From assembly GCA_038245295.1 (NCBI GenBank), contig JBBRSP010000005.1, positions 96,001 to 160,000 on the forward strand: a stretch of DNA of 64,000 bases, read 5' to 3'. Source of the DNA: Candidatus Binatia bacterium (lineage in GTDB: Bacteria; Desulfobacterota; Binatia; HRBIN30). Positions within the stretch are counted from its first letter, which is position 1, and each line of letters opens with the position of its first letter. A model generated the notes under the pieces. It was given only the letters and a program-made list of their open reading frames with translations. It had not been told where the DNA came from and made no database searches. The position numbers were made by a program, and so were the translations under genes. Below, in pieces: positions 50,058 through 60,921 of the stretch.

Positions 50058-51593
50058 ATGTCAGCCCCGGTAATTCTCGCGATTGATCTCGGAACCGGTG
50101 GCCCCAAGGTCGCCGTCGTCGACGCGTCCGGCGTCGTACTCGGCTCGGGTATCGAACCGGTCACGACCACCTTCACCGCCGACGGCGGCGCCGAACAGGA
50201 TCCTCGCCAGTGGTGGACCGCGATCGTCGCGGCGGCGCGCCAGGCGCTGGCGAAATCGGGCGCCGGTGGGCGCATCGCCGCCGTCTGCTGCACTAGCCAG
50301 TACTCGTCGACCGTCGCCGTCGACAAAGACGGTGAGCCAACAGCGCCGTGCATCATGTGGATGGACAGCCGCGGCTCGCGTTACAACAAACACCTTGTCC
50401 AGTCTGAACATCTGCGCGATTACATCATCATCCACGGCTTCATCCCGACGTCGTCGGGTGCCGACGGCCTGTCCCACATGCTCTATATCAAGCATGGCCT
50501 GCCCGACGCCTACGCGCGCACGGCGGCCTTCTTGGAACCACTCGACTACGTCAATTTGAAGCTGACCGGCCGTGTGGCGGCCACGCAATCAACGGTCTTC
50601 CCGATGCTCATGTGTGACAACCGCGAGCACGGCGCCACGTCGTACTCCGCCGAACTCGTCGAGCTCGGCGGCATCGATCCAGCGAAGTTGCCGCCGTTGG
50701 TCCCGATGGACGGCATCGTCGGTCCGCTGTCCAACGCTGCCGCGACGGAGCTCGGTATTGCCGCCGGCGTACCGGTGTTCGCGGGCGCCTCGGACAGCAT
50801 CACGGCAGCAATCGCCGGAGGCGCGGTCGACTGCCGCAATGCCGCAATCGTCATCGGCACAACTTCGGTGTTGGTAACCCACGTCGACCGCAAAGACACC
50901 GATCTCATGCACGCGATCCTCAGCGTGCCGAGCCCGGTGGATGGCCGCTACTTCGTCATGGCCGAGAACGGTGTCGGCGGCCGAGCCCTCGAATTGTTCC
51001 TGCGCAGCCTGGTGTTTGCCGACGACGCGCTTGGAATCGGCCCGGCACCAGCCGACGTCTTCGAGCGCGCCGCGACCGTCGCCGCAACTTCGCCGGTCGG
51101 CAGCAACGGTGTGATGTTCATGCCCTGGCTGGCCGGCTCCATCGCTCCGTCAGCCGACGACAATGTCCGCGGCGGCTTCTTGGGGATTGGGCTGACGACG
51201 ACCCGCGCCGACATGACACGTGCCGTATTCGAAGGTGTGGCCCTCAACCTGCGTTGGTTGTTGCCGCACGTCGAAGAGTTCGCACAATCGAAGTTTCCGT
51301 TCGTGCGTTTTGCCGGTGGCGGTGCGACGTCCGACTTGTGGTCGCAGATCCTGGCCAATGTCCTCGGCATCCCGGTGCATCAGTTGGAAGATCCGCGCAA
51401 CACGAACGCGCGCGGTGCAGCGTTTCTGGCTCTCCAACGCCTCGGCGTGTTCGGGTTCGATGACATCGCCGGTCGTCTGCGAGTGCGCCGGGTCTGGGAA
51501 CCAGAGGCGGCCGCCACAGAGATCTACGCGAAGCTCGGGGAGCGGTTCGTGTCGGCGCACGGGATGCTGAGCAACTGGTATGCCGCAGGCTGA
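50058..51593 (+). CDS. FGGY-family carbohydrate kinase (xylulokinase-like)
   Basis: LAIDLGTGGPK, AEQDP, W.D.R, IGTT, RAVFEGVA, GGGA.S.LW.QI.A. Confidence 0.9.
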   Translation: MSAPVILAIDLGTGGPKVAVVDASGVVLGSGIEPVTTTFTADGGAEQDPRQWWTAIVAAARQALAKSGAGGRIAAVCCTSQYSSTVAVDKDGEPTAPCIMWMDSRGSRYNKHLVQSEHLRDYIIIHGFIPTSSGADGLSHMLYIKHGLPDAYARTAAFLEPLDYVNLKLTGRVAATQSTVFPMLMCDNREHGATSYSAELVELGGIDPAKLPPLVPMDGIVGPLSNAAATELGIAAGVPVFAGASDSITAAIAGGAVDCRNAAIVIGTTSVLVTHVDRKDTDLMHAILSVPSPVDGRYFVMAENGVGGRALELFLRSLVFADDALGIGPAPADVFERAATVAATSPVGSNGVMFMPWLAGSIAPSADDNVRGGFLGIGLTTTRADMTRAVFEGVALNLRWLLPHVEEFAQSKFPFVRFAGGGATSDLWSQILANVLGIPVHQLEDPRNTNARGAAFLALQRLGVFGFDDIAGRLRVRRVWEPEAAATEIYAKLGERFVSAHGMLSNWYAAG

Positions 51594-51729
51594 AGAGGCT
51601 GTCTCAAAACATAGGCTCACCCTTCGACGGGCTCAGGGCGAGCGGACAAGATGTCTTTGAAAATCAACCAAGCACCCGCTCAGGCTGAGCCTGTCGAAGC
51701 CGGCTCCGCAAGGTTTTGAGACAGCCCCT
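51594..51729. mobile_element. 136-bp MITE with IS-like 17-bp terminal inverted repeats enclosing a REP-like doublet
   Basis: agaggctgtctcaaaac ... gttttgagacagcccct (16/17 match). Internal cccttcgacgggctcagggcgagcgg and ccgctcaggctgagcctgtcgaagcc. Confidence 0.8.
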
Positions 51730-51778
51730 GAAGCCTGCGCCTACCAGCTGACCGGTAGGCGCAAGCTTCAGCTTGCGG
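51728..51778. repeat. GTAG-type REP inverted doublet
   Basis: ctgaagcctgcgcctacc - ggtaggcgcaagcttcag; a second doublet is at 56205-56270. Confidence 0.8.
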
Positions 51779-51790
51779 TGCGGAACCTGT

Positions 51791-52267
51791 TCAGCCAGCC
51801 AGCCGGCGAAACGCGTCGATCACTTCGGGCGGCGCCTGAACCAACTCGATCAGCACACCTTCGCCGCCGATCGGCAACTCAGGGCTGCCTTTCGGGTGAA
51901 TGAAGCAGACATCGAAACCAGCGGCGCCCTTGCGGATGCCGCCCGGCGTGAAACGCATGCCCTTGGCGCTGAGCCATTCGACCGCCGCTTTCAAGTCGTC
52001 GATCCACAGGCCGATGTGATTCAGCTGCGGGTCGTGCACCTTCGGCTTCTTCTCCGGATCGATCGGCTGCATCAGGTCGACTTCGACCTTCAACGGGCCG
52101 CAACCGGCGGTGATGATGTCCTCATCAACGTTTTCCGATTCGCTGCGGAACGTGCCGCTCGGCGTCAGACCGAGCGTGTCGACCCAGAGACGGCGCAGCG
52201 CGCTCTTATCGAGACCGCCGACGGCGATCTGTTGCACTCCGAGGACGGAGAACGGGCGGTCACTCAT
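51791..52267 (-). CDS. VOC family protein (methylmalonyl-CoA epimerase-like)
   Basis: [47 protein letters not shown]. Confidence 0.85.
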   Translation of the reverse strand: MSDRPFSVLGVQQIAVGGLDKSALRRLWVDTLGLTPSGTFRSESENVDEDIITAGCGPLKVEVDLMQPIDPEKKPKVHDPQLNHIGLWIDDLKAAVEWLSAKGMRFTPGGIRKGAAGFDVCFIHPKGSPELPIGGEGVLIELVQAPPEVIDAFRRLAG

Positions 52268-52283
52268 ATGCTCACCTTTCACC

Positions 52284-52364
52284 AGGCGAGGCATAGGCAC
52301 AGGCGAGGCTTAGGCTTAGAGGCAATCATTACCTCAGCCTGAGCCTCGCCTTAGCCTCTGCCTA
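52284..52364. repeat. Inverted short-unit (AGGCNN-like) tracts
   Basis: aggcgaggcataggcacaggcgaggcttaggctt ... cctcagcctgagcctcgccttagcctctgcct. Confidence 0.65.
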
Positions 52365-52367
52365 TTC

Positions 52368-53564
52368 TCAGGCGAACTGACCCTTGCGGTACATGGTCAC
52401 AACCGCCGCGCCACCAAGGCCGAGGTTGTGCTGCAAGGCAATCTTCGCATCCTTGACCTGGCGCTTCTCGGCCTGGCCGCGCAGCTGCCAGTTGAGCTCA
52501 GCGCATTGCGCCAGACCGGTGGCACCAAGAGGATGGCCCTTCGAGATCAGACCGCCGGACGGATTGACGACGACCTTGCCGCCGTAGGTGTTGGCGCCGG
52601 AATCGACAAACTCGCCGCCCTTACCAATTTCGCACAAGCCGAGACCTTCGGTGGTGATCAGCTCGTTGCAAGAGAAGCAGTCGTGCAGCTCGACGACGTC
52701 GACGTTCTCCGGCCCGACGCCGCTCTGTTCGTACACCTTACGCGCCGCATTCTTCGTGAGATCGAAGCCGACCATCTTGATGCAGCTCTTCTCGTCGAAG
52801 CTGCTGTCGTAGTCGGTGGTCATCGACATGCCGATGATCTCGACTGCCTTGTCCTGCAAGTTGTGTTTCTTGACGAAGTCCTCGCTGCACAGAATCGCCG
52901 CACCCGATCCGTCAGAGGTTGGGCAGCACTGCAGCTTGGTCAGTGGCTCATACACCATGGGCGCGTTCAGAATGTCTTGCAGGGAGTACTCATCCTGGAA
53001 CTGCGAGTACGGGTTATTGACCGAGTGTTTGTGGTTCTTCCAACCGATCTTGGCGAACTGTTCGGCGGTGGTGCCGTACTTCTCCATGTGCTCGCGCCCG
53101 GCGTTGCCGAACATCTGCGCGGCAGCCGGCGCCTTGGCAAAACCGCGTTGCTCGACCATCACCGCGAAGTGCTTGTCCATCGGGTTGGTGCGATCGGAGT
53201 ACTTCACCCCGAGCGAGCCCTTTTCCATCTTCTCGAAGCCGAGTGCCAACGCGCACTCGGCAAGGCCGCCTTCGACGAACTGCTTGGCCATGAACAGCGC
53301 CGTCGAGCCGGTCGAGCAGTTATTGTTGACGTTGTAAACAGGGATGCCGGTGTGGCCGAGCTCATACACCGCGCGTTCACCGGAGGTCGACTCGCCGTAA
53401 CAGTAGCCAACCACCGCCTGCTCGACGGCGCTGTACGGAATGCCAGCGTCCTGCAGCGCCTTGGTGCCGGCCTCGCGGGCCATATCCGGATAGTCCCACG
53501 CTTTCGAACCGGGCTTCTCGAACTTCGTCATGCCTACACCGACTACGAATACTTTGCGTCCCAT
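52368..53564 (-). CDS. SCP-x type thiolase (lipid-transfer protein)
   Basis: [49 protein letters not shown]. Confidence 0.93.
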   Translation of the reverse strand: MGRKVFVVGVGMTKFEKPGSKAWDYPDMAREAGTKALQDAGIPYSAVEQAVVGYCYGESTSGERAVYELGHTGIPVYNVNNNCSTGSTALFMAKQFVEGGLAECALALGFEKMEKGSLGVKYSDRTNPMDKHFAVMVEQRGFAKAPAAAQMFGNAGREHMEKYGTTAEQFAKIGWKNHKHSVNNPYSQFQDEYSLQDILNAPMVYEPLTKLQCCPTSDGSGAAILCSEDFVKKHNLQDKAVEIIGMSMTTDYDSSFDEKSCIKMVGFDLTKNAARKVYEQSGVGPENVDVVELHDCFSCNELITTEGLGLCEIGKGGEFVDSGANTYGGKVVVNPSGGLISKGHPLGATGLAQCAELNWQLRGQAEKRQVKDAKIALQHNLGLGGAAVVTMYRKGQFA

Positions 53565-53591
53565 GGTGTCCTCTCCTCTTGATTGTGTTCC

Positions 53592-53665
53592 GACGGAGTC
53601 GGCGTGCCCTCACGCCGCCCAGATGAACCGGCGACCGCGGGCTGAGGGCAGCCCGACTCCGTTCT
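53592..53665. repeat. Palindromic element family A, short (internally deleted) copy
   Basis: gacggagtcggcgtg ... gaccgcgggctg ... cagcccgactccgttct, collinear with 13587-13762. Confidence 0.7.
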
Positions 53666-53675
53666 AGTGGACGAT

Positions 53676-54536
53676 TCAGCGCAGCTTGATCGCCGAGTTC
53701 GAAATCACCGGCGTGCCACGTTCCTTGGTGGTGGCGCTGATGAGAATCTTGTCGCCTTCTTTCCACATCGACGTGACGATGGTCTCGCCTGGAAAAACAA
53801 CGCCGGCGAAGCGGGCGTTATAACCAGCGACCTTCGTGACGTCGCCGTCGAGCATATTGTCGACGACCGCCTTGCAGACGATGCCGAAGGAGCACAGACC
53901 GTGCAAAATCGGTTTGTCGAAGCCACCCATCGAGGCAAAACCCGGATCGGCGTGCAGCGGGTTCTTGTCGCCGGACAGACGATACAGCAAGGCCTGGTGC
54001 TCCGCTGTCGGCGACTCGACAACCTTGTCGGGGGCACGGGTCGGGCTCTCGTTGCTGACCTTCGGGCCGGGATCGCCACCGAAGCCACCTTCGCCGCGGG
54101 CAAAGATCGAGAATCGATTGGTAAACAGCGGTGCCCCGCCCTGCTCCTTGGTGTCGACTTCGACAACAATCAACGCGGCCTTGCCCTTGTCGTAGATCCC
54201 GGCAATGCGCGCTTCGTTTTCCGTCTTGGCCGACGTCGGCAGCGGGCGGTGAATGACCACCTCTTGCTCACCATGCAGGACCATCATGAAGTTGATGTTG
54301 ATGCCGGGGATGCCGCCGATTCCGCCCATGGCGCCAAAAACCGGGATGACCGCGAAACTGGGAAGGACCTTGAGATTGCTCTCAAAGGTGTACTCGAGCT
54401 CCTTCGGATCAGTCGCCTTGCCCGGTCCGGCGCCGGCGCCAACACCGAGGTGATACAGAATCACGTCGTCGACGTCCCATGAACCTGCCGACGTCGGCAT
54501 CTTTGCACCCATGGCTAGTTTTGGATCTACAGGCAT
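53676..54536 (-). CDS. MaoC-like double hot-dog (R)-enoyl-CoA hydratase
   Basis: LYHLGVG, LHGEQ, YRLSGDKNPLHADP, PILHGLCSFG. Confidence 0.92.
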   Translation of the reverse strand: MPVDPKLAMGAKMPTSAGSWDVDDVILYHLGVGAGAGPGKATDPKELEYTFESNLKVLPSFAVIPVFGAMGGIGGIPGININFMMVLHGEQEVVIHRPLPTSAKTENEARIAGIYDKGKAALIVVEVDTKEQGGAPLFTNRFSIFARGEGGFGGDPGPKVSNESPTRAPDKVVESPTAEHQALLYRLSGDKNPLHADPGFASMGGFDKPILHGLCSFGIVCKAVVDNMLDGDVTKVAGYNARFAGVVFPGETIVTSMWKEGDKILISATTKERGTPVISNSAIKLR

Positions 54537-54922
54537 CGCTCACCCTCCTTCATGCTTTCACTTACACTCGCCGTCACGGCACCACCCGCCGCAATCGACA
54601 GAACTGCGCGACCGCAGACTCCCGTCGGTGCCGGGATGACAACAAAGCTTTTCGCACTCTCCAAGTTTGAGATCCGCCTGAGGGGCCAGACCGCGAGGCA
54701 GTGTGGCGATCTGCCAGGCCTGAGTCAACGGACTCAACGTAGGGTGTTGCGGCGTCGGGAAGGTGCGGTGTCGGGCATCCACCAAATCCCCAACGAGCAC
54801 TCGAACACCAGGGTCTCGCGCTATGAGCCGATCGCACTCGTCCCGTAGCGATTATTTCATCACATGAAGAATGCAACCGCCGGCATTGAGGACTATTGTG
54901 GTCACTGAAAGGAGGCTAGCGG

Positions 54923-55156
54923 ATGGCACCCACGAGAAAGCGAACAACGGTTACTCAGTCTTGGGACGACATCGGCAGCGCGGCTGGTGACCTGTGGTCA
55001 TGCCTCGACGAAGGCGGCTCGATGTTGGCGGAAGAAGCGCGCACCAAGACCGGCTTGCCGGCCAACGTCCTCTACGCCGCGATCGGCTGGTTGGCCCGTG
55101 AAGGCAAGCTGACTTTGGACGGCGGCGGTAAGACGCTGCGCATCAGCCTTACCTAG
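54923..55156 (+). CDS. Small winged-helix protein (DUF2582-like)
   Basis: IG.AAG.LW..L, AIGWLAREGK; RBS aggagg. Confidence 0.85.
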   Translation: MAPTRKRTTVTQSWDDIGSAAGDLWSCLDEGGSMLAEEARTKTGLPANVLYAAIGWLAREGKLTLDGGGKTLRISLT

Positions 55157-55209
55157 TCGAAATCAGGGCGGCGCGGCGGCGCCGTCTTGATCGGAAGCGC
55201 ATCACGCAT

Positions 55210-56184
55210 TCAATCCAAGGCCTTGTCGAGGGCCGCGTGGAGGTCGACATCCCGCCGCTGCTCGACCACCTGCCGCAAGCGTTCAACCAATCCTGCATCG
55301 TGCCGATAGATTGCCAGGGCATCGATGGCATCGCGTGCCGTCGGGCCATTGGCTTCGCGAACCTGCTCGAGAACCCACTCCAAGGCTTCGTCGTGCTTGA
55401 GCATGGCGATGGCCAAAAGGGCAATGCGCCGCCGCTCGGGCTTGCTCAGGTGCACGAACCAACCCTGCAGCACCGGCAGCGCGGCACGAACGCGCGAACC
55501 GCCGAGCGCCAACGCCACGCTCTCCTGGAAAACGCCTTCGCTGCGCAGCAATAGACGGCCGAGGAAATCGACACCGGCAGCGGGCGTCACCCTGAGCAAC
55601 GCGGTCATACATTCGCCGATCACTTCACTTTCGGCATCCCCACTAAGGATCTTGAGGCGCAACAGCGGCGCCCCTTGCTCATTCTCGCTGTAGGCAATGG
55701 CTTGTGCGGCGGCCGCACGGACCTGCACCTCGGGATCCGCAAGCAAACCGGCGAGCTCCACAAAGACCTCGCGATAGTTCATCCGCACCAAACCGAGGGC
55801 GCAAACGCTGCGCAGCGGCCCGGCGGTATCGGCACTGCCACCCCAGACGGGCTCGAGTTGTACATGATGCGCGCCGCGCAAGAACGTCGACTCCTCGTCG
55901 GCACCGATGCGGTACAATGCATCGGCGATCGCCATCTTGGCGGCACAGTTCGGATCGCTCTTCGCTGCGTTCTCCATCAAACGACCAAAGGCGGCCACGA
56001 GATCGGGCGTCAGTGGTTCAATTTCATCGTGTGCGACGATCTGTGCGGCTTTGGCCACAAGGGCCGCCTCGCGCCCGGCGAGGGCGCGCCGCAGTGCCGC
56101 GATCGCCTCGGGAGCACGTGGATCGTCTCGCAGCGCATTCAGCGCCGCCAGGGAGGTCTCGAGAGTGGAGGTTCGCTTTACCAT
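55210..56184 (-). CDS. HEAT-repeat protein
   Basis: Helical repeats; DPNC.AK, Q.EPVWGG..DTA..LR, LLADPE..VR.AAA.A. Confidence 0.75.
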   Translation of the reverse strand: MVKRTSTLETSLAALNALRDDPRAPEAIAALRRALAGREAALVAKAAQIVAHDEIEPLTPDLVAAFGRLMENAAKSDPNCAAKMAIADALYRIGADEESTFLRGAHHVQLEPVWGGSADTAGPLRSVCALGLVRMNYREVFVELAGLLADPEVQVRAAAAQAIAYSENEQGAPLLRLKILSGDAESEVIGECMTALLRVTPAAGVDFLGRLLLRSEGVFQESVALALGGSRVRAALPVLQGWFVHLSKPERRRIALLAIAMLKHDEALEWVLEQVREANGPTARDAIDALAIYRHDAGLVERLRQVVEQRRDVDLHAALDKALD

Positions 56185-56204
56185 GAGCGTGACCGGCAAG
56201 ACCG

Positions 56205-56270
56205 CGCAGGCTGAAGCCTGCGCCTACCACCAATCATCCGGGGAAGGAGGGCGGTAGGCGCAAGCTTGCG
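56205..56270. repeat. GTAG-type REP inverted doublet
   Basis: gcaggctgaagcctgcgcctacc ... ggtaggcgcaagcttgcg. Confidence 0.75.
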
Positions 56271-56279
56271 CTGGCACGA

Positions 56280-58487
56280 TCACACCCCAGACCAACTCTC
56301 CGTCGCTTGCGGGCCGGCAGCGGGACGGACATCCACCACGATCCCGGTCAGATGCGCCATCCCCGAAACACTCTCGAGATTCTCGGCGCCATCGGCGGCG
56401 AGAATGTTGACGTTCACTCCCGTCGTCTTGCTGGCGACGGTCAGTCCGGTGGCGTGCTGATGGCCCCAACCATGGGGCAGCGCCACCGTGCCGGGCATGA
56501 GATCGTCGAGCAGCCGCACCGGCACGCGCACCATCGCGGTTGCCGATGACACATCCGCCACGTCGCCCTCTTTCAACCCGATACGCGCCGCATCCTGCGG
56601 ATGCACGTAGAGATGATTGGTATGGCGCCCGCCCGAGACGAAGTCCTCGAGGTTGTGAGTCCACGAATTGTGCGTATGCACGGCGCGTTTGCTGATCAGC
56701 TTGAGGCGATCGCGGTTCTTGATTTCGGCGCTGAAATCGAGATCGAGCTTGCGCGCTTGTTCGAGCAGCACCGGCGGCGCCAAATGCATCTTGCCGTCTT
56801 CGGTAACGACGCGTTTGCCGAGAAAATCATCGGCCTCGTGATCCGGTCGCGCCACGCCATGCGGCTGGGCCAACAGCTTCTTGAACGAACCGTGGCGCGT
56901 CGCCCGCAACAGCAATGAAAGCAGGGTCTCTTGCGGAAGCGCGGGTTGCGCTTCGGGATGACGTCGGCTGTGCCAACGCATGGCGATCTCGAGCATGCGT
57001 TGCGCGGCGCGTGAGCCGAACAAGTTCACGCCGCTGGCGCGACAAAGATCGAGGTAGATCGATGCCTCGTCGCGCACCTCACCGGTGGGCGCGATCAACC
57101 GCTCGGTCGCCTGCAGGTAGGGCCGCGACTGCAACCCAAGCATCAGCGGGAAGATGAACGGCAGGTCGGGACGCTCGAGCGGCGACGTGCACGGCAAAAT
57201 GTAGTGTGCCAGCGACCCCGTCTCGTTGCGGAAGATATCGAGCGTCACCAGCAACTCGAGTTTTTTGAACGCCTCCTTGAGGCGCTGCGAGTTCGGCATG
57301 GTTATCAGCGGATTGCCGCCGGTGACGAAGAGAGCGCGCACCTGCTTGTCACCGGGCGTAAAGATCTCGTCGGCAAGGATGCCGCCGGGAAAGGCATCAT
57401 TGGTTTGTGTCAGGTTGCCGACGCGCGAGCGTTCGTCGCGCATCAGCAAGCCGTTCTTCACACCGAATTTTGGAAAGTCGAAGATTCCGCGCCCGACCAG
57501 AGTGCCGCCGCGGCGATCGAGATTGCCGGAAGCGGCGTTGATGACTTCTTGCAGCCAGTAACACAGGGTTCCGTTGGTCCCCATGTTGACGCCGGTGGAA
57601 CAATACAAGGCCGCACCGTCGGCGCGCCGATATGCTGTGACCATCTGACGCAGCGTCGCTGCCGGAATCTGCGTCACCTCGGCCGTGCGCTCGGCAGGCC
57701 ACGCTGCCACGAGTTGAGCCACGGCTTCGAATCCGGTGGTTTGTTGGCCAAGGCGGTTCGGATCGATACCGCCCTGCGCGATGAGCTCCTGCAAGAAGGA
57801 CAGAAAGAAGAAGACATCGGTATTCGGGCGAATGAAGACGTGCTCACCCGCAACCTTGGCGGTTTCGGTCTTGCGCGGATCGACAATGAAGACGCGCCCG
57901 CCGCGCGCTTCGATATCCTTGAGGCGCTTGCCGGGATTCGGGACCTGCAGAAAACTCCACTTCGAAATCACCGGATTCGCGCCGACGATGATCAGACAGT
58001 TGGTGCGATCGACATCGGGAAACGGCAGGGTGAACGGGAAGCCGTAAATGTGGCGTGACGCCGCGAACTTGCTGGCACAATCCTGCGTTGCCGAAGCATA
58101 CATGCTGTGCGAGCCGACGGCGTCCATAAACCCCTGAGCAAACACCGGATGCAACACACCAAACCCAGCTGCCGTTCCGACATACATGGCGATGCTGTTG
58201 GCATGATGATCCAGGCGCAGCTGACGCACCTTCTTGCCGATCTCGCTGATCGCCTGATCCCACGACACCTCTTGCCACTGATCACCGGTGCGTTTAAGGG
58301 GGCGCCGCACGCGATCCGGCGAATCATAGAAGTGATGCTGCTTGAGCCCTTTCATACAGCCAAAGCCCTGCGTCGCGACGTGTTCCGTGTCGGGCTTGAT
58401 GTCGACAACCCGATTGTTTTCGGTTGTCACCTCGAGCCCACATAACGACTCACAAATACGACAGAAGGTGGTCTTCGTTTCCTGCAT
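56280..58487 (-). CDS. Molybdopterin-dependent oxidoreductase with N-terminal 4Fe-4S motif
   Basis: TFCRICESLCGL...GCMKG, GANP..S, VDPR.TETA, GGNP, C-terminal VHPQDA...G.VALPHGWG. Start ATG 58487. Confidence 0.9.
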   Translation of the reverse strand: MQETKTTFCRICESLCGLEVTTENNRVVDIKPDTEHVATQGFGCMKGLKQHHFYDSPDRVRRPLKRTGDQWQEVSWDQAISEIGKKVRQLRLDHHANSIAMYVGTAAGFGVLHPVFAQGFMDAVGSHSMYASATQDCASKFAASRHIYGFPFTLPFPDVDRTNCLIIVGANPVISKWSFLQVPNPGKRLKDIEARGGRVFIVDPRKTETAKVAGEHVFIRPNTDVFFFLSFLQELIAQGGIDPNRLGQQTTGFEAVAQLVAAWPAERTAEVTQIPAATLRQMVTAYRRADGAALYCSTGVNMGTNGTLCYWLQEVINAASGNLDRRGGTLVGRGIFDFPKFGVKNGLLMRDERSRVGNLTQTNDAFPGGILADEIFTPGDKQVRALFVTGGNPLITMPNSQRLKEAFKKLELLVTLDIFRNETGSLAHYILPCTSPLERPDLPFIFPLMLGLQSRPYLQATERLIAPTGEVRDEASIYLDLCRASGVNLFGSRAAQRMLEIAMRWHSRRHPEAQPALPQETLLSLLLRATRHGSFKKLLAQPHGVARPDHEADDFLGKRVVTEDGKMHLAPPVLLEQARKLDLDFSAEIKNRDRLKLISKRAVHTHNSWTHNLEDFVSGGRHTNHLYVHPQDAARIGLKEGDVADVSSATAMVRVPVRLLDDLMPGTVALPHGWGHQHATGLTVASKTTGVNVNILAADGAENLESVSGMAHLTGIVVDVRPAAGPQATESWSGV

Positions 58488-58594
58488 AAAAGTCCCCGTG
58501 GCCCGTTGCGTATCATCGAGCCGCCAAGTCCACCAGCACAACTCTGAATTCCCCTTGCACGACGACGGCGGACACCCGATAGAGACTGCCTCGC

Positions 58595-59767
58595 ATGCTG
58601 ACGCGCGCCGAACTCGTCGATGGATTGCACCTCGCCCGCGGCCTGGCACGCGAAGGGTTCTTCCTGGTTCTGGAGCGAATCGCCGGGGCCGAGGGTGTGC
58701 CGGCACGCGTACACGAAATTGGGCCGGCGTGGCTGACCGTCATCCTGCAGCAGCAATTCGCCGGTATCCACATCGACGCCGTGCGCCGCCTCGGCGGTAC
58801 CGCCGGAACAACCGACCGTGTACGTTTGGCGCTGCAGTACAAGGCGCGCGGCAGCGGCCCGGCTCCACCAGCATCGCTGTTTGTGAAAACCAGCCCCTCG
58901 ACGTCGCGTACGCGCTTGTTCATCAACCTCATGCACCTCGGAGCCAACGAGGTTGGCTTCTACCGCGAGATCGCCAAGGAAGTCCCTGTTGAACACCCAC
59001 GTTGTTTCTACGCTCAGGTCACCGATGGTTCGCAGCGCTTCGTCCTGGTGCTCGAAGATCTCGTCGACCGGCATGCGCGATTCACCGACGTATCGCATCC
59101 GCTCGACCTTGCCGACGTGCGCGCGGTGGTCCAAACCCTGGCCACCCTGCACGCGGCGTGGTGGGAAAGCCCACGTTTCCACGGTGACCTCGTGTGGCTC
59201 AAGGCATTCGAACGAAATCCGAACCAGCGCACCGAACGTTTCTTATGTCGCGCCGCGGTACCGCAAGGCCTGCGCGCCTTCCCCGATCTCGTGCCGCAGG
59301 TAGTGACCAACGCCCTGCCCCTCTTGTTGGCGGCACGCGATCAACTCGAGATCGAATGGGCCCGTGGGCCGCGCACCCTGATTCACGGCGACGCACATGT
59401 CGGCAACATGTACTTTCTCGACGGAACCGTCGGCTTGCTCGACTGGCAAGTCGTGCAGTACGGCCAGGGCATGCGCGACCTCAGCTACTTTCTGGTCAAC
59501 TCGGTGCCGACCGAATTGCGCCGTAGCGAACAACGCGCCTTGATCGAGCTCTACCTCGAAACGCTCGGCGTGTTTGGCGTCGAGACACCGACCTTCGACG
59601 ACGCCTGGCAGCAGTATCGCCTGCACGCGATCTACGCCTGGATCAGTGCCGCCTTCACCGCGGCGGCAGCAACGTTACAATCGGCGGCTATCGTGCGAGC
59701 CGGGCTGGAACGAAGCTGCGCGGCGCTCGTCGATCTCGAGTCGATCGAGGCAGTGCGAAGGTTGTAG
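58595..59767 (+). CDS. APH/EcKL-family phosphotransferase
   Basis: FVK, E.GFY, LVLEDL, LA.LHA.WW, IHGDAHVGN, LLDWQ, DLSYF. Confidence 0.88.
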   Translation: MLTRAELVDGLHLARGLAREGFFLVLERIAGAEGVPARVHEIGPAWLTVILQQQFAGIHIDAVRRLGGTAGTTDRVRLALQYKARGSGPAPPASLFVKTSPSTSRTRLFINLMHLGANEVGFYREIAKEVPVEHPRCFYAQVTDGSQRFVLVLEDLVDRHARFTDVSHPLDLADVRAVVQTLATLHAAWWESPRFHGDLVWLKAFERNPNQRTERFLCRAAVPQGLRAFPDLVPQVVTNALPLLLAARDQLEIEWARGPRTLIHGDAHVGNMYFLDGTVGLLDWQVVQYGQGMRDLSYFLVNSVPTELRRSEQRALIELYLETLGVFGVETPTFDDAWQQYRLHAIYAWISAAFTAAAATLQSAAIVRAGLERSCAALVDLESIEAVRRL

Positions 59768-59777
59768 GCCGTAGGTG

Positions 59778-59807
59778 TGTCGTCCCGGCGCAGGCCGGGA
59801 CCCAGTG
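59778..59807. repeat. REP-like palindrome related to the 27.6-kb family
   Basis: tgtcgtcccggcgcaggccgggacccagtg. Confidence 0.6.
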
Positions 59808-60398
59808 TTGGAATCGAATCTGCGCTCGGGCTTGGTCTCCACTACTGGATCCCGGCCCAATGTCGTTAAGTTCGCGGTCGACTCGGGTAGCTCTGGTGAA
59901 AACCGGCAAGTTCTCATTCTCGATCCTGCTTCGAAAGTTTCCTGGGTGACTGGCCTGCGGACCCGACGTTGAGCCAGAGCGGAGCAAGAGCGCAGGCTAA
60001 AGCCGGGCGCGGCTTTGCACCTAGATTGGATGGCACGCCGCGGGGCATGACCACTGAATTCTGGGTCCCTGGCCCACCGAAGGCCAGGCGAAGGCGGGTC
60101 CATTCTGGATGCGTTGAGGCCGGTAACCCGTCGTTGCACCGGCGGGCCTCGCAAGCAGCGCGAACGCATCGAGAACCGCGAACCCAGGATCCAGGATGAG
60201 AACGGTTAACTTAACGGCGCTGGATCCCAGCCTGCGTGGGAGATATTGGACTCATCCCCTTTTCCCGCCCTGTTCATGATTTCCCTCGAGAGTTCCCGTT
60301 CTTGCTTGATGCGCGGCTGCGGCCGCGGCGACCCAGCATCTCATCGGCGGTTGCCTGCCACAAGCCGATGTTGGTGTCGCGCGCTTCCAAACAGAGGC

Positions 60399-60447
60399 AG
60401 GCAGTAGGCAGCAGGCAATAGGCAATAGGCAGGAGGCAGGAGGCAGA
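60399..60447. repeat. Seven tandem AGGCANN heptamers
   Basis: aggcagt aggcagc aggcaat aggcaat aggcagg aggcagg aggcaga. Confidence 0.9.
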
Positions 60448-60480
60448 CGCTACTGTCGCGTCGCGCAACCAGCTTCAAAA

Positions 60481-60552
60481 ATTGTTTACACCATAGTTTC
60501 TTGAAGCGGAGGGGGTGTAAATTAGCGGTACTCTAGGTCTCCTCACGCGACC
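60481..60552 (-). repeat. Diverged inverted copy of the 82-bp unit
   Basis: Minus strand reads cgcgtgaggagacctagagtaccgctaatttacaccccctccgcttcaagaaactatggtgtaaacaat, collinear with the array unit junction. Confidence 0.7.
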
Positions 60553-60661
60553 GTCTACGCAACTAATATTACATGCCGTCGCGTCAGTTTCCTGACGCAA
60601 AATGTGCGCCTGGACGCCGTCGCGGCACGAAAAGACCCAAAAACCCAGCTTTCAGGCGTGG

Positions 60662-60921
60662 TCGCTTCAATAAACCATACGTAAAATAATTCACACTAAT
60701 CGGCGCGTGAAGCGCCGTAGTGCGCCCCTAATTTTACGTATGCTCGCTTCAAGAAACCATAGGTAAGATGATTCCCACTAATGGGCGCGTGAAGCGCCAT
60801 AGTGTACCCCTAATTTTACGTATGCTCGCTTCAAGAAACGATACGTAGGATGATTCTTGCTAATGCAAGCGTGAATCGCTGAAGCCCCGAACTAATCCAG
60901 CGCAGGGCCGCTTCTAGAAAC
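60662..60921 (+). repeat. 82-bp tandem array (3 units plus the start of a 4th) with internal palindromes
   Basis: Units start at 60662, 60744, 60826 and 60908 with (t/c)cgcttc(a/t)a(g/t)aaac. Units 1 and 2 are 73/82 identical by manual alignment. Confidence 0.92.

Noticed and set aside
59960..60240. tRNA or tmRNA at a putative island boundary
   Set aside because: Hairpins are present, but I found no cloverleaf, T-loop (GTTCRA) or CCA arrangement.
60662..60921. CRISPR array, attC cassette array or dif site
   Set aside because: Whole units are repeated with no unique spacers, there are no ORFs between units, and there is no convincing RYYYAAC/GTTRRRY pair or dif consensus.
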